From positions 124,001 to 188,000 of the forward strand of contig JAQGDQ010000439.1 of assembly GCA_030141605.1 (NCBI GenBank): DNA of 64,000 nucleotides, read 5' to 3'. Under the pieces are notes generated by a model. It ran no database searches and was not told the origin of the DNA. It saw only the letters and a list, made by a program, of their open reading frames with translations. Positions 12,962 through 27,100 of this stretch are shown piece by piece (the stretch's first letter is position 1; each line of letters opens with the position of its first letter). The stretch is from Tubiluchus corallicola (Eukaryota > Animalia > Priapulida). The position numbers and the translations under genes were made by a program.

Positions 12962-15164
12962 TAATAAAGTTTATATTTTACTGATGAAAAATTTTTCTTT
13001 ATTAATATTAATAATTATCATCGAGAAAATCATGATAATGTACACAAAAAATAGTGATGCTGCTACAATTATTGACAATGCATTATTAAATTGTAGAGGC
13101 TTCAAGTTACTATCTAATACCACATAAAAATGGCACTTTTTGCTAAACTACCATGCACCACTACTACATTTGCACTTGTACCTAAAACGTAGACTACTGC
13201 AGCAATACGATTACTGCCCATGTAGCTAATAGACTGTAAACCCTATAACTCATTAATGCAAATCTGCATTGTTCCATTCTTAATGTTTAAGAATGTGTTA
13301 AGAAACATAGCAAAGCAAAATAACAACATGATGAAAAGGAAAATAATAAAACCTGCAATTGAACAATGAGACAAACAAGCATTCAGAGAAGAAAACATAA
13401 ACAGTGCATGCTTATTTACAAGAATAATGAGTATAATAATTGTGTAAAATAACCATGATGTAATAAAACTAATGACAAAAGCCAAGCCCATTAAACCCTG
13501 CTGTTTGTTTTTGCCTGCTGCTACACGGTAAACAAGAGTCAGGGACATAAAAAAATCATTAGGCATATCTTTATGGACAAAAAATAAACAAACAAAAACA
13601 TAATGAAACAAAGAATAACGAAAAAAGAGAGAGAAACACAGAAAAAGTAGCAAGCTTAATAAAAACCTGCAGTTAAAGATTCAACACAGCGCGAGTTCCT
13701 ATCCTGTTTAACCAAGCCTTATACAAAAAGCTAATTTTTGTACATTAATACATTTTACAAAAAAAATGATTATTTCATAAGACTCTGCAACTAATCACAC
13801 AACACAGTTTCTCTAAAACAGTTTTGTGCAGAATAAACAAACTGAATTGTGTACCTATAGAGCCTTAAAATAAGACTCTTAGTTGTAGATAAAAACTGTT
13901 TAGGTTTATTTTAATTTTATAGTTACCTTTACTACGCTGTAGAGAAATGACAACAGTACTTCTCTCAAGCTTACAGTTAACACTAAAACACATACAATAA
14001 ATAAAGAAAAAATATTAAAAGAGTCACTAACAGCAAACTTCCAACATGTAAATCAAACATAACAAAAATATGTGAATCTAACAATGTGTTCCAACGAATG
14101 AACAATGTAAAAGAACAAATGTCTAACAAAACCTAAAATCTAGTTCTACTGCTTAAAATTACAATTACTTTCTAAGATTAAAGTTTATTTAAATATGGCA
14201 CACTAAAAAGCTTCAGCATAAATTATGTTTTATATTAACAATTCTAAGGCACAACCAGGCACATAGCTGATTCAAGGTATTCGTGCCCTCAACAGTAACA
14301 ACCAAGGATCATTGTGGGCAATGTAAGTGTGCATTTTACAGTAATATATCCTGCTAGACTCTGCAAAATAAACTCACTAAAACAAAACTTACTGCTAAAT
14401 TAAAATCACTGGGGAATCTACAATATTATAAGGTTAAAATGAATTTGTAAATACATGATAAATCTAAAATTTTGTACATGTAGAACATTGTACACAGAGT
14501 TCAAAAATATAATTAACAGCATTTCAATTAGGGGCACATCAGCTTGACACAAAAATCAAACTTTATATAAAAAAGAAACCTTTCGTTTATGACGTGCATG
14601 GACAATGGCGGTAACTCTACGCACGGCTTACAAACACTGAAAAAGGTGGCACCTGCTGTTTACTTAAACTATTGCAAAAGCTATTTAAAAGACGAATTGT
14701 AAAACTCTTTACACAGCTATGCTATAAAAAATTGGGTGGAGGACATTAGAAAAAAAAGTGAAGCACAATTATTAGAAAACATTTAACGCAAAAGTAGCAT
14801 CTTTTCATGAGACGAAGACGAATCACTATAACTGAAATGTTTCAAATTGAATGCAGAGGAATCAAACTTCTAGGTTCCTCATTCTGTTAGGACAATCAGC
14901 CGCAGTGAATCAGTTGCTTTGGTTTTAGTTATTTTACGACAAAATTCAACCTTAAATGCCTGAAAAAGTAACAAAACATCGTCATTTAGTTGCAGTGTGG
15001 TGGGTAAATTTCATTCGAGTCAAAGGCTATCGGTGTTAGTGACTATCATAGCTACACTTGTATTTTTACATAACAATTTCATTAATGTTAACTACATAAA
15101 TAAAAATAAATTCCTTCTCTTATATTACCCAATAAAAAAACCTAAAGTTATAAATTAACCTGAA

Positions 15165-18100
15165 CTATTCCGACTTGGATCCATCTGTTTTTTTCTTCTC
15201 CTTTTTCAATCCACGTAAGAATGAAGGAGTCCGGAAGCCCTTTTTCTTTTTCTTTTTTTGTTTTTCACCTTCATGTGTTGGTGAACCCTAACACAAAAAT
15301 AACACAGACACTCTAATGAATGCCAAAAACTATTGTATCGGGATCATTAATAATCGAAAAGCACGGTTAATCAAAAGAGATTAATATATTCTGGCAGACT
15401 GATTTGCCTACAATCTTGAAATAATTCATCATTTATGCAAAACATGAGAAGGAATGAGACCGTCTAACAAAAGATACTTTGTTGCACTGCTATCTCAAAT
15501 CCTTGAATGCAATTAAATTCTTGTTAATTCATAAGTGAGACTGGAGTTACATTTACTCAGCATTGTGAAATTATGGGCCTTGACACAAGCTTAGGTACAA
15601 CGGACATTAACAGTAGTGCAGTGTATGTCATATTGCTACTAGCCGACATCTGAGCAGCAAATAATCGTTATCACCGAGTAGCTAATGCACTCAAAGTGAA
15701 AGGCTGCCAAGTCATGTGTCCGTGGTTATAATCTGCTTGTATTCTTGTTGCACTAGCAGTATAGGCATTGAACACTGAATAGTGAACGTATGCTAGAGAG
15801 AATTTCAAGAATATGTAGAAGTGTTAACCGTGCATGCAAACAATTACATTGTAAATGGTTGCAAATGCTACTTAAAGCTGATATTAATGAAGGTCATTTG
15901 ATTTCCATTTTATATGGAAGCCAAATTACGGATTATGGAAGCCAAATTAGTAAATTTAAAGGATATGAAGGAGAATAAGCAGTATGTGGTAATGCGGGAA
16001 ACGGTGAAGGCATACTTCTCTACTGCTTTTCGAAATATCAGCACTAATAGCACTGTCTTCTGAGCGTAATGTTGAATACTTCGCCACTTCTTCATTTTCT
16101 CCCTCACCTAGAAAGTGATCATAGACAGTAATACAGTAATAATATAACACATTGCCTCCAGAATAATATGAAAAAGTATTTTATTTTTTGTACAGTAGAA
16201 GAATGTTACATGTGTGTAAAATCAATGAAGGTAAATTAGACAGGTATACCTTTCTGACAAAACACAATATGGTTACACTTACAAGAATATTTCAAAGTAT
16301 GCATTTAAATATTTTCAGTAGGTTTATTAAAGTGCAGTAAGTTTTGAAAAGGCGAAACAAAATACCATGTCGTTTGTTTTGGCAGTTTTTCATAATCAAG
16401 CATTAAGCACAAAAACATGTTTAAATACCATGCACGTGCAGAGAAAGGCTGTTAACCTGCACATCAAGCAATACTTCAAAAGTGTGTCGGTGAAGGGCTG
16501 TTTTTGCCCTGAATCGAATGCAGTTTTTGTATACAACATGGCACAAGTTATTTGTCTAACAATTTGCTCGAGTCTAGCAATCTCCCTCTGAGAAAGCATG
16601 GCACTTAAATCTACGGGTATAAATCATGTTTTGCTAACTGTATACAGGCAATAGTTTTTGCTGCACTGACACACGGTGAGTGCAAATGGACAGTTATTAC
16701 ACATTACACTTGTTAACTATGAAAAAAACATGAGCTTGTCAAAATTTTTAATATTACCACTTTACAAGCCTATTAGACTAAAATTGAATTTTCTAGGCTT
16801 TAACATTTTGTTTTTGGTGTTTAAGCTTTAAGATACGTTTTAAAGTTCTTCTGTGTTTTAACTTTTTGTGATATTTTTCCCAAAGACATTGTTGCCACTG
16901 ACATAACTTCTTTTTAAAGTTCATTACTTTGCCACTGACATAACTTCTTTTCAAAGTTCATTACTTTTATTAATTATTCAACTAGACTAGGGTTAAGCAA
17001 ATATACAACACAAACTCATCCATGTTAGCTAGTCGATTTAGCAATAATCACAATAACACTAACCATCTGAAGTGACTGTAACCTGAGTTCCAACAATGTG
17101 AGCTTCAGGAGTGACAGCTAAAAAGAATTACTTAATTTATAATCTTAATTTCAAGATTATCAATTAACGATACAACAAACTCACAATTATTAAATTTCTT
17201 ATACTACCATAATACAATTGTGATTATGTTTGTACCAGCTACTTCTGTTAATAAATAGGATCATAGCTTTATTGTGATTCATTTCATTTTTTCCCCGATG
17301 TCTAGTTAACAAGCACATGGAGTTGTTGCTACATGATCTTCACCTATTGTATTGGGTGGTTACCATTCCTGTTAAAATATTTTTTTCCGTACAACTGTTT
17401 ATAGTTTGTCACTTGGATATTTTCCAATATTTTTCGCTTTTAATATTAATAGTCTCTTTTGCCAATTATATGTATAACTAATCACTTAATATTTATGTGG
17501 CTTATCATAAGTCTGTTTGTTAGGTCTCCCGTGATTTTAGTTGAGTTATACTAATGGCATAACACAGCATTTTTTAATGCAAATTAATGCAAATTATTAC
17601 CACCAAATGCTTTACTAAATGGCATTACCATGTTGATTATGACAGAATTAGCCTACAATGTATGTCAGTAAGCCAAAAATTAATTGAAATCACCATAAAC
17701 TGACTATTTCTTAAATAATAAAAGACCAAAAAAGCAACAGGAAATCAGAAATAACAGAGTCTGGATTTGAACCAAGGATTTTTGGAATATGTTCACAAAC
17801 CCCCTGACCCCAGAAATTTGTCAATTACTTTCTCAACAACACTGCTAATCAAACTTGATATTAATACACTCAGCTAAGCTTATTTTTTGGCAAAGTAATA
17901 GAAATTGTTGGCAAGAAATTTCTGCGAACTGTAACGAAACGCTTAGTCCATACATGTTTCACTCACCTGTTGTTCCACCTGCATCTACCTGATCAACTGT
18001 AATAGTTAACCCTGGTTGTTGTGCTGGCATAGCATCTTCATGTGCTTCTTTAGGAACCTAAAAATGAATGATTAATAATGTTGCCCAAGTCAAATGCACA

Positions 18101-21100
18101 TTCCAATCAAGCCATCAGGTGAAAAAACTAATAAAAAAATCAGGTAAATAAATGTTCAGTAGTTTTAGACATAAACTCAGTACATATTTGCGAGTCAGGT
18201 ATACCTCGTTATAGTGTATTTGTATTTTTTGCACAATGCTGTAGTAGAGCCAAGCAAAACAAGTAGTAGTGCCAGAAAAATGCACATTTATATCATTCAC
18301 GCTAGCTTTTAGTTTTACCTTTTGTTGACAGAGAAAAAAATGGTTGTAGAATATAGCACAAATGACTTATCATTATTTCTCATCTAAAGAAAGTATGTTG
18401 TAAGCTTTCTACGAATTTCTAGCTTTCTGTCGCATTTGTGGTTGGCATTACTTGACCAATTTAGTTTAATAATTATGTCTAACGTATTTTTGATAGTAGT
18501 AATACTTTAGTATACGAATTTTACTTTATTATCAACAACACTGAATATGTGAAATAACTGCACATTAAGTTGCTAAAAACATCTGTTTTTTCGATAATTA
18601 TGTTGAAAATAGCATGTGGTTTAGTAGATTCTTCTCCTTACTTGGATTTATACATTCAATAGTTTCATGTCGAGAAAATTACTACTACCTGCAATGGTTC
18701 TAAACTTGCTGCTGCAATATTAGCACAAAAATGTCTCATAAAAAATGCGACAAATTACCGGAGAGTCGGCATTACGCAATTCCCACGGATCATTATGTGG
18801 GAGTACAAAATGGTTAACATCAGGCTTCATAGGAGTGCTATGACGAGGAAGAATATTCTCCTCAATGTACTGTAAACAAACATGCGGTTAGTAAAAAACC
18901 AAAAACATCAAATCACATAAAATCAAGTTTATTTTGCAATATTTTAGTGTGTATTTGCAACAAAGCAGTTACATCATGCCAAACTGTACAATGGAAATAA
19001 AATAACACTGCTGTAGTTAAAATTTGACATGACATTGACTGGGTTTAAGCACTATGGCAAGACTATGCAACAACATAACTTAACTACTAAATGGAAAACA
19101 CGATGTTTCAAATTGGCATAGATTATTAAAACAAATTAGCAAGGATTTAAAAAGCTAAACTACTAACTCATTTACAAGAGACTACATCTAACAACGTCAA
19201 AAATTACATTAGTTTTTACTGTAATTAGTATGTTAATAAGATTTTTTTCAGACACGATAATAGCACATCTCCTATAGTAAAAAGAACAGAATTCAGAAAC
19301 TTGAACATGCATTAGTTGAGAACCATTTTATGTCAATAAGCTTTTTAGTATCTGAGGTCTATAAAATGCTTCCCAATAGCTACTATTGAAAATACAGCAG
19401 AAACCACAACTGTTAATAGCCAAATATAAAGCTTAGTTATCAAGAAAATATTAGTAATATTAGTAAATGCACAGCAGAAAAGTTGACAAATTTACTTAGT
19501 AATTATGAAAATTAAAACGAGATACCCATTTCAAGTTTTCTTCCCATTTAGTTATAATGTTACAAGATTCTGTTATTTAGTTGAAATTATTTTAATTACC
19601 AGGGAGCACAAGTTTCAAGCATCCTTAGAAAAAAAGAAACTTAAGAAGGTTAATGGACCGCTCAGAAAATAAAAAGCCCAAAAATTTGAGAGACCCTTAT
19701 TTAAATTGAAGTTAATGAAAGGTAATGTTATGTATAGACTAAAAAACGTTTAGAAATTTCTAACAGATCTTAATGCGCAAAGCACTACCAATATCATTTT
19801 CTAAATTACAAATATTGTACCAATTACAATATGGTGGTCAAGGTAAAAACGAAAAAAGTCAGATGATCGACTTAAAAGTTTATAAAACAAAAATAAAAAT
19901 ACCAACGACTCTAAAATACAATTAAAGTAATAGAATACTCCCAAAATGTAGAATGTTTCTATATTTACAATGACGCTGAAGAAGTTAATGGAAATCAAAA
20001 TGCTCTGTCAATAAATGTGCATGTATTGCAGTATATGAAGAAAACTATATAGCGCCAATAGATGCAACAAGCATTTCCGCTCTCAGAACACCCAGAAAGA
20101 CGAGCAATACAGTCTTGAAGCCCATGTGCAATAGTTAGAAGGAAAACAGACAGAACAGCCCTGAGATAATCAGTTCATACTTGAGGGGGTGCCACTACTG
20201 TATCCTCTTGTTTGCTTAACCATTTGGTTTTGTCCGATTTCTTCTTTGCCTCCATCGCTCTCTGTGCTGGAGATCTGAAGTAATAACACACATTAAAAAT
20301 AATTGCATAGCCATTTCCAATATCAAGGTTTTCCTTTTATAGAAATTTTTTCCCAGGTTTCCTTAAAAGTTCTGTTTCAAATAAAACACTCGTCTATCAT
20401 GCTGAAAGTGCACTAACTTTTGTCAACTCTGTAAATATAGTGCTAGTTTATATTAACAATTATGTAGTGACACCTATTGAGTAAAAAGAAAAAACATTAT
20501 GAGATGATAGCTTTTAACAAAGAAGTAATACAACATTCCAGTACTAAATATATTTGTTAATCTATGAAAAGTAATTCAAAGCAGTAAAAGGAAACTGAAT
20601 AACACCTGCAATGCAAATACTGTTCAATTTCGCAGAAAATTGAAATGTTCACGGGAACGAAAAAATAATTATAGTAACGTTCAATTCCTACGAGTTATTA
20701 ATTAACACATGCCCCAAGAATATTAACACAGCATGAAGAGACCAGTGCCATACTTTTCAATTTGCTCTGCATCTTCCAGCATTTCTTGCACGGATGTAGC
20801 AGATGGTGGAACTTCTACATCTTCGAATCGCTTCTGAAATCTTTCTGGTTTAACAACAGGCTGTCGATATATGTATCCTGTTCTGTAGCCCTAAATATAA
20901 ACAGCTATGGCAAATGGCTTTGAAAGATTATAATAATTCATCCACATATGTACATTTTTCTATGGAGCTCGGTGTTTGTCAAAATGCATATTTTTTTCAA
21001 TCTTTCATGTTACTTATTAGAAGAGATACTCAAATGCAGTAATCACTCGACTAATTAGTGTATAATAGTGAATGGCAATGCAATTATTACTGTAACAAAG

Positions 21101-24100
21101 CTGCTGTGAGAGAGATGACTAAAACACAGCAAACTGACATCAAGAGAATGTGTTTTTCGGAGTCATGATGGAGGTCAAAATTTACTAAAGGTTTCCATGG
21201 GAATTATGCACGAAAAAGCAAAATTTAAATGGTGCAGAGTAGAGAATTCATGAGTTTAAGTTAGTTAATTAATTAATGACAGTAGAAGACGGTAGGAGTA
21301 CAGATTATCATTTTAATATGTATTTTAAAATGTAGGAGGCTGACCAACAAACATTACCACTATTTGAAAATAATTCGAAAGAATCAAAAGAACGAAAGTC
21401 TATCAGTGAAAACTTGGAAAGTAAATATTTTAAGGAAAAAGAAGTAAACTAACATATGTAGCAAAGTTACAAACAATTATCACTTACAGCATTGTCCATC
21501 CACCGTATCATGGCTTCAAACTCTCGCTGACCGATGCTCCAGTTTATCTCTTTCTTCTCAGCATCTGGTTCTTCTGTAGTGCTGCTTGTGTGTTTTGCAC
21601 AGTCCATCATTTTTTGTAAAGTCACCTCATCTGGCTGGTAGAGCTCATCGACACCAAGTGCTAAGCAATTCAGCTGAAAAAAAACATGGGAATCATTAAA
21701 AAAATTCATAAATTCATTCACTATGATTTAATGGCAAGGCTGGCAGTACGGCATGGTATGAAAAAACACCTACAAAATTGAACTGTATCGTACTAGTACG
21801 ATAAAATATCATACCATAAATCTATACCAAATTTCGTACCTAGTGCTCGTAAGCTGTACTATAAAAAGATAAACAGTGGCATAAAAGATAATTGTAGAAA
21901 TGATAAGTTTATCAACTATTATTATGAAATTATGCGCACTATAAAAACAGAACTAATGTTTGAACTTCCATACTATTTATATCTGTTTACATCTTGTCTG
22001 AAACACTTGTAATTACACCACGCAGGCTGCGCAGGTTAACGTGTTAGATTGATCGGTACTTCGTTGGCAAAACAAATCTTTAACTCACGCGTTGCACTCA
22101 AGCTATGCAGATTTTTTTAAACAAAAACGAATGTAGGTAAAAACAGCACAGGCAAAAATGGCAGAGGAAAAAAGGGTGTGGTTTTTAATGGGCTATTTTT
22201 ATCTGTGCCATTTTAGCCCTGTACGGCAGTACGTTCCTATACAATTCTCAATGATAGCAGTTAGAGCAACAGTGTTACATGAATAGGTGTCAAACGTGGT
22301 AAGTAATATACCCCGTTTGTATCCATACAACAATAAAGGTAAGCTCATTTACAGAAAATGACAACCAGCGCTTCTAAATAACATGCCGCTTTTCCATCCA
22401 AAGCGAACCAATTTAACCGTTATGTTTGCATGTTCTCTGTTAATTAGGAGAACAATAAGTCCTCACCCAAGAGGCAAAACAAATTGTCATGCCGAGTTCT
22501 TGACCAATGAAAGTGTTACAAGAAGCTGAGTAACATGGTACAGAAAAGATACGAAAAAATACTGTAATTTCGTACCACACCATACTGCCAGTCTTGCTTA
22601 GGGGTGGAGAAGCACAATCACAGTAACAGAATAAACGCCACAGAATCTTTTATTCTAGCTGGTTAGAATTCCAAAGTTACATTCCGAGTTCATAGCTATG
22701 GTGTTAATATTTAAATTATGAACACAGATTTTTGCTTTCTCAGATTTTGAAAATAATTATTTAATTAGCCTCCACGGCTTTGGAATCAATTTTTCCTTGC
22801 ATTCTTCACACCATCATTCTTGTACGTCATTATTTTAATGAGATATAATTAATGGAGTGCTAAAATGTTTAGGGTTTAGGAATCAGTTAAACTTTTCAAT
22901 GAGTGCAGAGAAGTGATATGGCCTACAGCAAAAATGCAAAGAATAATTCATGTAGTACATCTGAACAACACACTGTCAAACCATACAAGCTGTTTAATAA
23001 GTTAGTTCTTCAACCTCTACAGCAAAACGAAAAAAATCTTCCATTTTTCTATAAAATCACCCTAATCGCAATTACATTTCAGGTCAAGACAAACAATTAA
23101 ATCCGTCAGGGTTTTTTTGACTAAGATACTACACTATTTATTTAATTCTATGAGTTATACTTCTAAATTCGCAGTAATAATGTAATTTAATGAGAGGAAC
23201 TCCATTAATTAAAGGAAGAACAATATTTAAATTATCATCACCTTATTAGTATTATTACCTCATCATTTTTTTGATTTGTTACAATTCTTGGCTTTTTACT
23301 TCTCTTCCACTTACATTACTTGCTTATATCCTTATTTTACTGGTATGTCATTCCTTTTCATTGCTCATATTATTTGTTCACTATTAATTGCTCACTTGAT
23401 AAGTATTTGTAATGGTGTTTTTGTCTAATAAGCAAATCGCGCCTAAACTGAACCGATTTATTCTTCTACCATGACTTCGAAAGCAATAACGTCACTGCAA
23501 ACTTTACATGCCTTAATTTTAATGAAATGTTAAATTCTTTCTAAATGATGTTCCAAAATCGGTGCTTACCTGAGTTTCACACGCTAGGGCGCAATTACGT
23601 GCATAATACCAGGCTTCCTCTACGGTCTCCCCTATGGCTACGAATCCATGATTTCGCAAGAACAGTACCTGTTAGTTAATAACAAGGAAATTATATTAGT
23701 AAGTATTCCAGACCTTCAATGCAGAAACATAAACCACACAAAAACATTTGTCGATCATTTGCTCATTCAAATTGTGTTTAATTTCATTACTAAGAATGTT
23801 TGCATATTGTGTGCGGGATTGTGTTAATGAATTTTTATATTAATCAACTGCAGATAAAAGTCAATGGATGGTACGGTTTGGCTGCTTCATAACAAGAGTT
23901 TCTTATTACAGTTCACGATCTACAAAGTTGGGTATAGTAACAGTCCACTTTTTACCAGCCAATGTTGTGCAACTTCTCGTTACTTTGTTGGCCTTGTCTT
24001 TATGGCATTTGCAAGGTATAACAGGGCTCTGGGTGAGATAGGACACAAGCATACCTTGCTAAAGGGACCCAAGCTGTGTCTGATTTCATCTGCTTCTTGC

Positions 24101-27100
24101 AACAACACAGGAGCTCCACGGTACTCATGATACGCTATTCTGCCACACAGCACAGCCTCATGGCAAAGTGGCTGTAGACCACACTTCATGGCTGATACCT
24201 ACAGCACGAACAACCAGAGATGAAATGTACAAGACAATGTACAAAAGGACTACTTAAAAACTTCGATACAAGTGTATACAAAGTGAATATGCACGAAAAC
24301 TTGGAAAATGCTACTAATGTATATTATCAGAATAGCAGAATCGTAAAATCACAAGTAGTGAAAAGTAGCGAAGTTAAAAATCTCATATTAATATTAGTAG
24401 CCAAAATGATTAGAAATTATAAATTGATTTCGTTACTGTAAATAATGATAACTTACAGCAGAAGCTGACGGTGTATTAAGGTGAATAATACAGCGTATAC
24501 TTGGCCTAGCTGCATGAATAGCAGAGTGCAGTGTGAATTCGTCTTTATTTATCCCAAGCAGAGTACTACCAGTAGCAACTGTTTCTCCTAATACATAAAC
24601 ACACATTGAAATTCATTCAGGAAGCCAAACAAAGAAACAATAAGATCAGATTATACTAATTAAACATAATTTATTTTAGGTTTGGCTCATTCAGTTTTGA
24701 CAATCTGATTTACTGTGTGTAACAAGCTGCATGGACGCTTCTATGTCTGAAATAAAATTGAAATTGATATGGCATTGAGTTGATAAAACTACATCTATGG
24801 ATAATTCACATAATCATGGAAAATTCACTTAACTCTCTTTAAAGACATGCTACATTTAAGTGCCTTCGTCAAACTATTGTTGCCTTAATAGAACATTACA
24901 TAAAGACAAATAAATCAGCAATTTCATTTTATTTTTATGATGTACCTTTTATATTAACTTTGACTAAGCTAGCGGCAGTTACTTCACTGTACATGTAGCC
25001 ATACGGATTCATCAAAAAGTGTTCGTGCTCTTGGCTTACACGTAACTAAACATGAAAAAAAATTGTTACTAAACAAACAGGTACTTTAAAGTTAAAATAA
25101 AATATTTTACATAACAAACAATCACAAAAATATTTGTATTTTCAAAACTTTGCAAGTTTGGAAACATATGCAGTAACGTAAAACTTTATGGATCAATTGG
25201 AATTTAAAATTTATTAAATGACTATCAAACTTTTAAAATTTTAATTACAATATGACTCCAACATGATAAATGATATAATTTATGATATGTAAATTAAATA
25301 CAGTTTTTGTCTATTTTGACAGAACATCACTTAACAACCTACGTTGCACAATGGCAGGGGCTGTAAAAAGCATTGCAGGGTTTCAAGTCATAAAATCATT
25401 TAAACTGACATCTCTATAAATGATAATAATTCCTAAAAGAGATGGTTGGTTGCCATGGTGATTAGCAGGCAGTAGCAATACCACATAGCAAGCAGGATTG
25501 TGCAAATGGTTCTAAAATTACATGACACAAGTCAGTAACCCCATTACAGCCAGATGTGCTGAGGCTTGATAAATTTAAGTTCCATTTGTGATGTGATACT
25601 GAAACGTTTGGGTTTTTTATTGTAAATTCTGCAATTGCTAAGGGACAAGGGGTAACAAATAGCTCCACTTATAATTCAAGTTAAACGTATCACGGAGGAA
25701 CAACATACTTTGCATGTATCATACAGAATAACTGACTGATGACTGTAGACAAGCTATTATTTGAAAACCCTTCTATTGGTACATTGTTTGGCATGCACTT
25801 AGTGTTACATTGTCACACACACCCTTCACAAGCCAATAAAGAATGAATTAAGGCCCCGTGGAAAGTTAATAGAATGTAAAATAGTGTAACACTTGTGCCA
25901 TTATAATAGCTTGCAAACAGACTTTTGGTACACAAACTCAAGACAGCAAAAGCAGTTCATTCCATTTTCCCTTACGAAAAAACTTTAACCAGCTGACTAA
26001 ACAAAAGACAGCATGTGAACACAAAATAATCAATACAGTACTGGGCTTTTATTGCATTAGCTGCATTAGAGTCCATGCAAGTTATACTTCAAATTGCTTT
26101 TATTTTGATTAAGTCAGCTCACATGCATTCAAGTAACATGAGTTTTTATCCACAAACTGTTTTTTAATAGAGATTAAAGTATTTTTTACTGCAGAAACAT
26201 GTGTTGCACATGCCTGTTTCATTTAAAATTTCCATGGAATTCACCACAAATCCATAGGAGATAAATTTCATTTAAATGAAAATTAAGGAATGCTTGCACA
26301 ATAATGAACATTGATTTATGATCGAATAAGGTATTATTAAACTGAAAGGCTCTCACATAAATGTAGTTTACAAAGTGAATACATAAGCTCCAGCAGGGGA
26401 TAATTTTACAAAGAAATTTGACTTGTTTTCCTTATATGTATTTTGATAATTACTTGCTCGAAACAAACAGACTAACGAAAATGGATAAATAGAAAAAAAT
26501 ATTCTTACTAAAAAAAGGAGTTTTTTAAGTTAAGTTAAAAATTGAGTTCTCTAACATTTCAATTCATAGTATCGGCCTTAAGCCTAAGACTTTCCCATCC
26601 TGAATTCCGTTCAGGAACCTGGGCATGTTTTTGTATCCCACGGTTACTTATATACTTACCCATCCCTGAATCACAGTTTCTTACAACAGATTTTAACATT
26701 AGAAAAGCTAGTCTAGTTAAAAAATAAACACATATAGACCTATTTTCAAAAGTTTACCAATCAACACATTAGTTAGTTGCATAACAAATGCTGTTATAAA
26801 CATTCTTTAATCTTTAAAATGTAAGGTAAAATAATATGATTATGTGACTTCTCTTAAACATTTTTAAAAACAATACATTAAATGGTTCAGCTATATCAAG
26901 CTTAACTTGGACGTTTTACGTCTAACACAATGCTTAAGTAATATGCAATGGTACTACTATATCTTGTTACAGGTACTTAATTTTATGGGCATAGACTTTA
27001 TGAACCAATCTATAATAAAAAATAACTAATAAATTATAATGATAAATCATTTATGGTCATGTCAGCGAAAATAATAATGAAAAATTTTATGTGCATGGCA

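Noticed and set aside
13243-13653. 136-aa hydrophobic minus-strand ORF
   Set aside because: Artefact of T-rich sequence in the probable adducin 3'UTR; TTG start and no family motif.
26660-26714. Cryptic or poison exon in an adducin intron (strong GG|GTAAGTAT donor); plus strand reads ATACTTACC like the U1 5' end
   Set aside because: No further U1 similarity, and exon use cannot be supported without transcripts.
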